From NCBI RefSeq assembly GCF_020745735.1, contig NC_083426.1:34472001-34536000 (forward strand): a DNA stretch of 64,000 bases, in the 5' to 3' direction. A program made the position numbers and the translations under genes. Positions 62,150 through 64,000 of this stretch are shown here, one piece after another. Origin of the DNA: Hemiscyllium ocellatum (taxonomy: Eukaryota). The notes beneath the pieces were generated by a model. It did not search any database. It was not told the origin of the DNA and saw only the letters and a program-made list of their open reading frames with translations. How positions within the stretch are numbered: the stretch's first letter is position 1; the number at the start of each line of letters is the position of its first letter.

Positions 62150-63500
62150 ATGAAGTAGGAACACAGTCAGTCAGCCATTCAAACTTGTGCTGCTATTCAA
62201 TAAGGTCATGATTGATCTGATTTTAATATCGACTCTACATTCTTGCGTATCATTGATAACATTTCATCTCATTCCTTATCAAAAATGTATAACAAATACC
62301 ATAAGATACAGGAGCAGAATTAGGCCATTCAACCCATTGGGTCTGCTCTGCCATTCGGTAATGGGTGATATTTTTCTCAACCCCATTCTCCTCCCTTCTC
62401 CTCATAATCCTTGAACTCTTACCAAGAGCTTATCTGTCTCTGCCATAAATTTACTCAATGACTTGGTTTCCATAGCCCACTGCAGTCATGAGTTCCACAG
62501 AGTCACCACGTTCTGGCTGAAGAAATTCCTGCTCATCTCAGTTCTAAAGGGTCATCCCTTCACTTTGGAGGCTGTTCCCTTGGTTCCTACTCCTACTAGT
62601 GAAAATATCTTCTCCATGTCCACTGTATCCAAGCCTCTCAGTATTGTATAAGGTTTCAGTCAAATCCTCCCTCATCTTGCTAAACTCTAACGAGTACAGA
62701 CACAGATTCCCCAAACGTTTCTCATCTGACAAGACTTTAATTCCTGGGATCAATCTTACAGAACTCCTCTGGACCCAATCTAATCTTTCCTTAGAGTCAG
62801 GGCACAAAACTGCTTACAATATTCCAAATGTGGTCTGACATACAGTCACAGTGATACATCTCTGTAATGATTTTCTAGACCTCACAAAATGCATTCCAAC
62901 ATTGCATTTGCGTTTCTAACTGCCAACTGAATCTGCATGTTTACTAAAAGAACTGTGAACTAGGACTCCCAAGTCCCTTTGCATTTCAGATTTCTGAAGT
63001 CTTTCCTCATTTAGAAAATGACCTATGCCTCCATTCCTCAGTGACAGTGTCGGACAGGGATGTACAAAGCTAAAAATCACACAACACCAGATTATAGTCC
63101 AACAGGTTTATTTGGAAGTACTAGCTTTCATAGCACTGCTCATTCACCAAGTAACTAATGAGGCAGGATCATAAGACATAGAATTTATAGCAAAAGATCA
63201 CAATGTCATGTACTTTAAATGATATATTGAACAAACTTAGGTTGCATGACACTGTGATCATCTGCTATAAATTCTGTGTCTTATGATCCTGCCCCACTAG
63301 TTACCTGATGAAGGAGTGATGCTATGAAAGCTAGTAATTCCAGATAAACCTGTTGGACTATAACTTGGTGTTGTCCTCCTAATAAAGTTCATAACCACAA
63401 ACTTTACCACAAGGTATTCCATCAGTCACTTCTTTATGCATGCTCCTCACATGTCCAAGTCCTTGTGCAATCTCCCTGCTTCCTCAACACTACCTGCATC
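62150..63500 (-). mobile_element. CR1 LINE fragments, interrupted by a PLE hairpin
   Basis: LDWVQR..VRLIPG.K.LS.E.RL..L.LYSLEF..MR.DL.E; two CR1-type tails at ~62150 and ~62300. Confidence 0.8.
63040..63374. mobile_element. PLE family C fold-back mini-element
   Basis: ~63080-63210 is the inverse of ~63244-63374; hammerhead TTAC-CTGATGA...GAAAGCTA-GTAA at 63301-63337. Confidence 0.82.
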
Positions 63501-63544
63501 CTTTTAAAACATCTTGAAAAGTTCTAATCCTTCAGTGTAACATG

Positions 63545-63850
63545 CGGAGGTGGTAGCATTGTAGTATTGTCACTAGACTACTAATCCATGAAGTTCTGCA
63601 GGTTTGAATCTCAAAATGGCAGATTGTGAAATCTGATTTCATTAAACAAAGATCTGAAATTAAATTCTGGATGAATAGCAGCCATGTAACCACTGCCAAT
63701 TGTCATTAGTCAACCAGATGAGGCTTTTTCTAAAAAGTCCTTTAAGGAATGAAATGTACTGTCTGACATTGAATGCAGACCCACAGTAATGGGATTGAGT
63801 CTTAGCTTCCTTTTAAAAATGGCATCAGTTATTACATCTGCAACACTGCA
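63545..63850 (+). mobile_element. Second tRNA-like SINE family; also at ~63940-64000(+) and ~24350-24615(-)
   Basis: Shared head ...gtattgtcactagactactaatcca / gcattatcactggactgttaattcag followed by a B-box-like ggtttgaatc. Confidence 0.5.
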
Positions 63851-64000
63851 ATCAAATTAAAGGAACATGAAGAGAGCCTTGTCAAGAAAGAACTTCTGAT
63901 AATGGAAATGAAAAAAAAATTACTAAAACAAAATCTGGGGGAGGTGACAGCCCAGTGGCATTATCACTGGACTGTTAATTCAGACACCCAGGTAATGTTT

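Noticed and set aside
1-64000. CRISPR arrays, prokaryotic operons or rRNA
   Set aside because: No regularly spaced repeat-spacer array or rRNA signature; the sequence is vertebrate intron and repeat DNA.

Overview
Eukaryotic (vertebrate) DNA, almost certainly from a shark or other elasmobranch, given the abundant HE1-like tRNA SINEs with TCTAA/ATTCT tails and CR1/HER1-type LINEs. The only host gene I can support is a minus-strand ladinin-1 (LAD1, caldesmon/LSP1/ladinin family). Nine coding exons from 60922 down to about 11646 splice in frame through GT-AG sites; the 5' exons lie beyond the right edge of the window. Unlike mammalian LAD1 as I recall it, this protein keeps a caldesmon-type C-terminus (EAVGLYVRVAVRINQW...DIRPGDVANKRNLWE). 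The rest is intron or intergenic DNA filled with repeats: a three-layer nest at the left end (CR1 containing a Buster-type hAT containing a Penelope), many CR1 fragments, about 13 HE1-like SINEs, and at least 15 Penelope-like element (PLE) insertions from 3-4 families. The most striking pattern is in the PLEs. Most carry a minimal type I hammerhead ribozyme core (CTGANGA-stem II-GAAA plus a palindromic ACGT or AGCT), often 30-50 nt downstream of a TATA box. At least seven are fold-back hairpins, and several have exact 9-15 bp target-site duplications. Some are reduced to ~200-270 bp non-coding 'ribozyme plus antisense ribozyme' hairpins inside LAD1 introns. All calls come from reading the sequence and recalling family motifs; no database searches were run.
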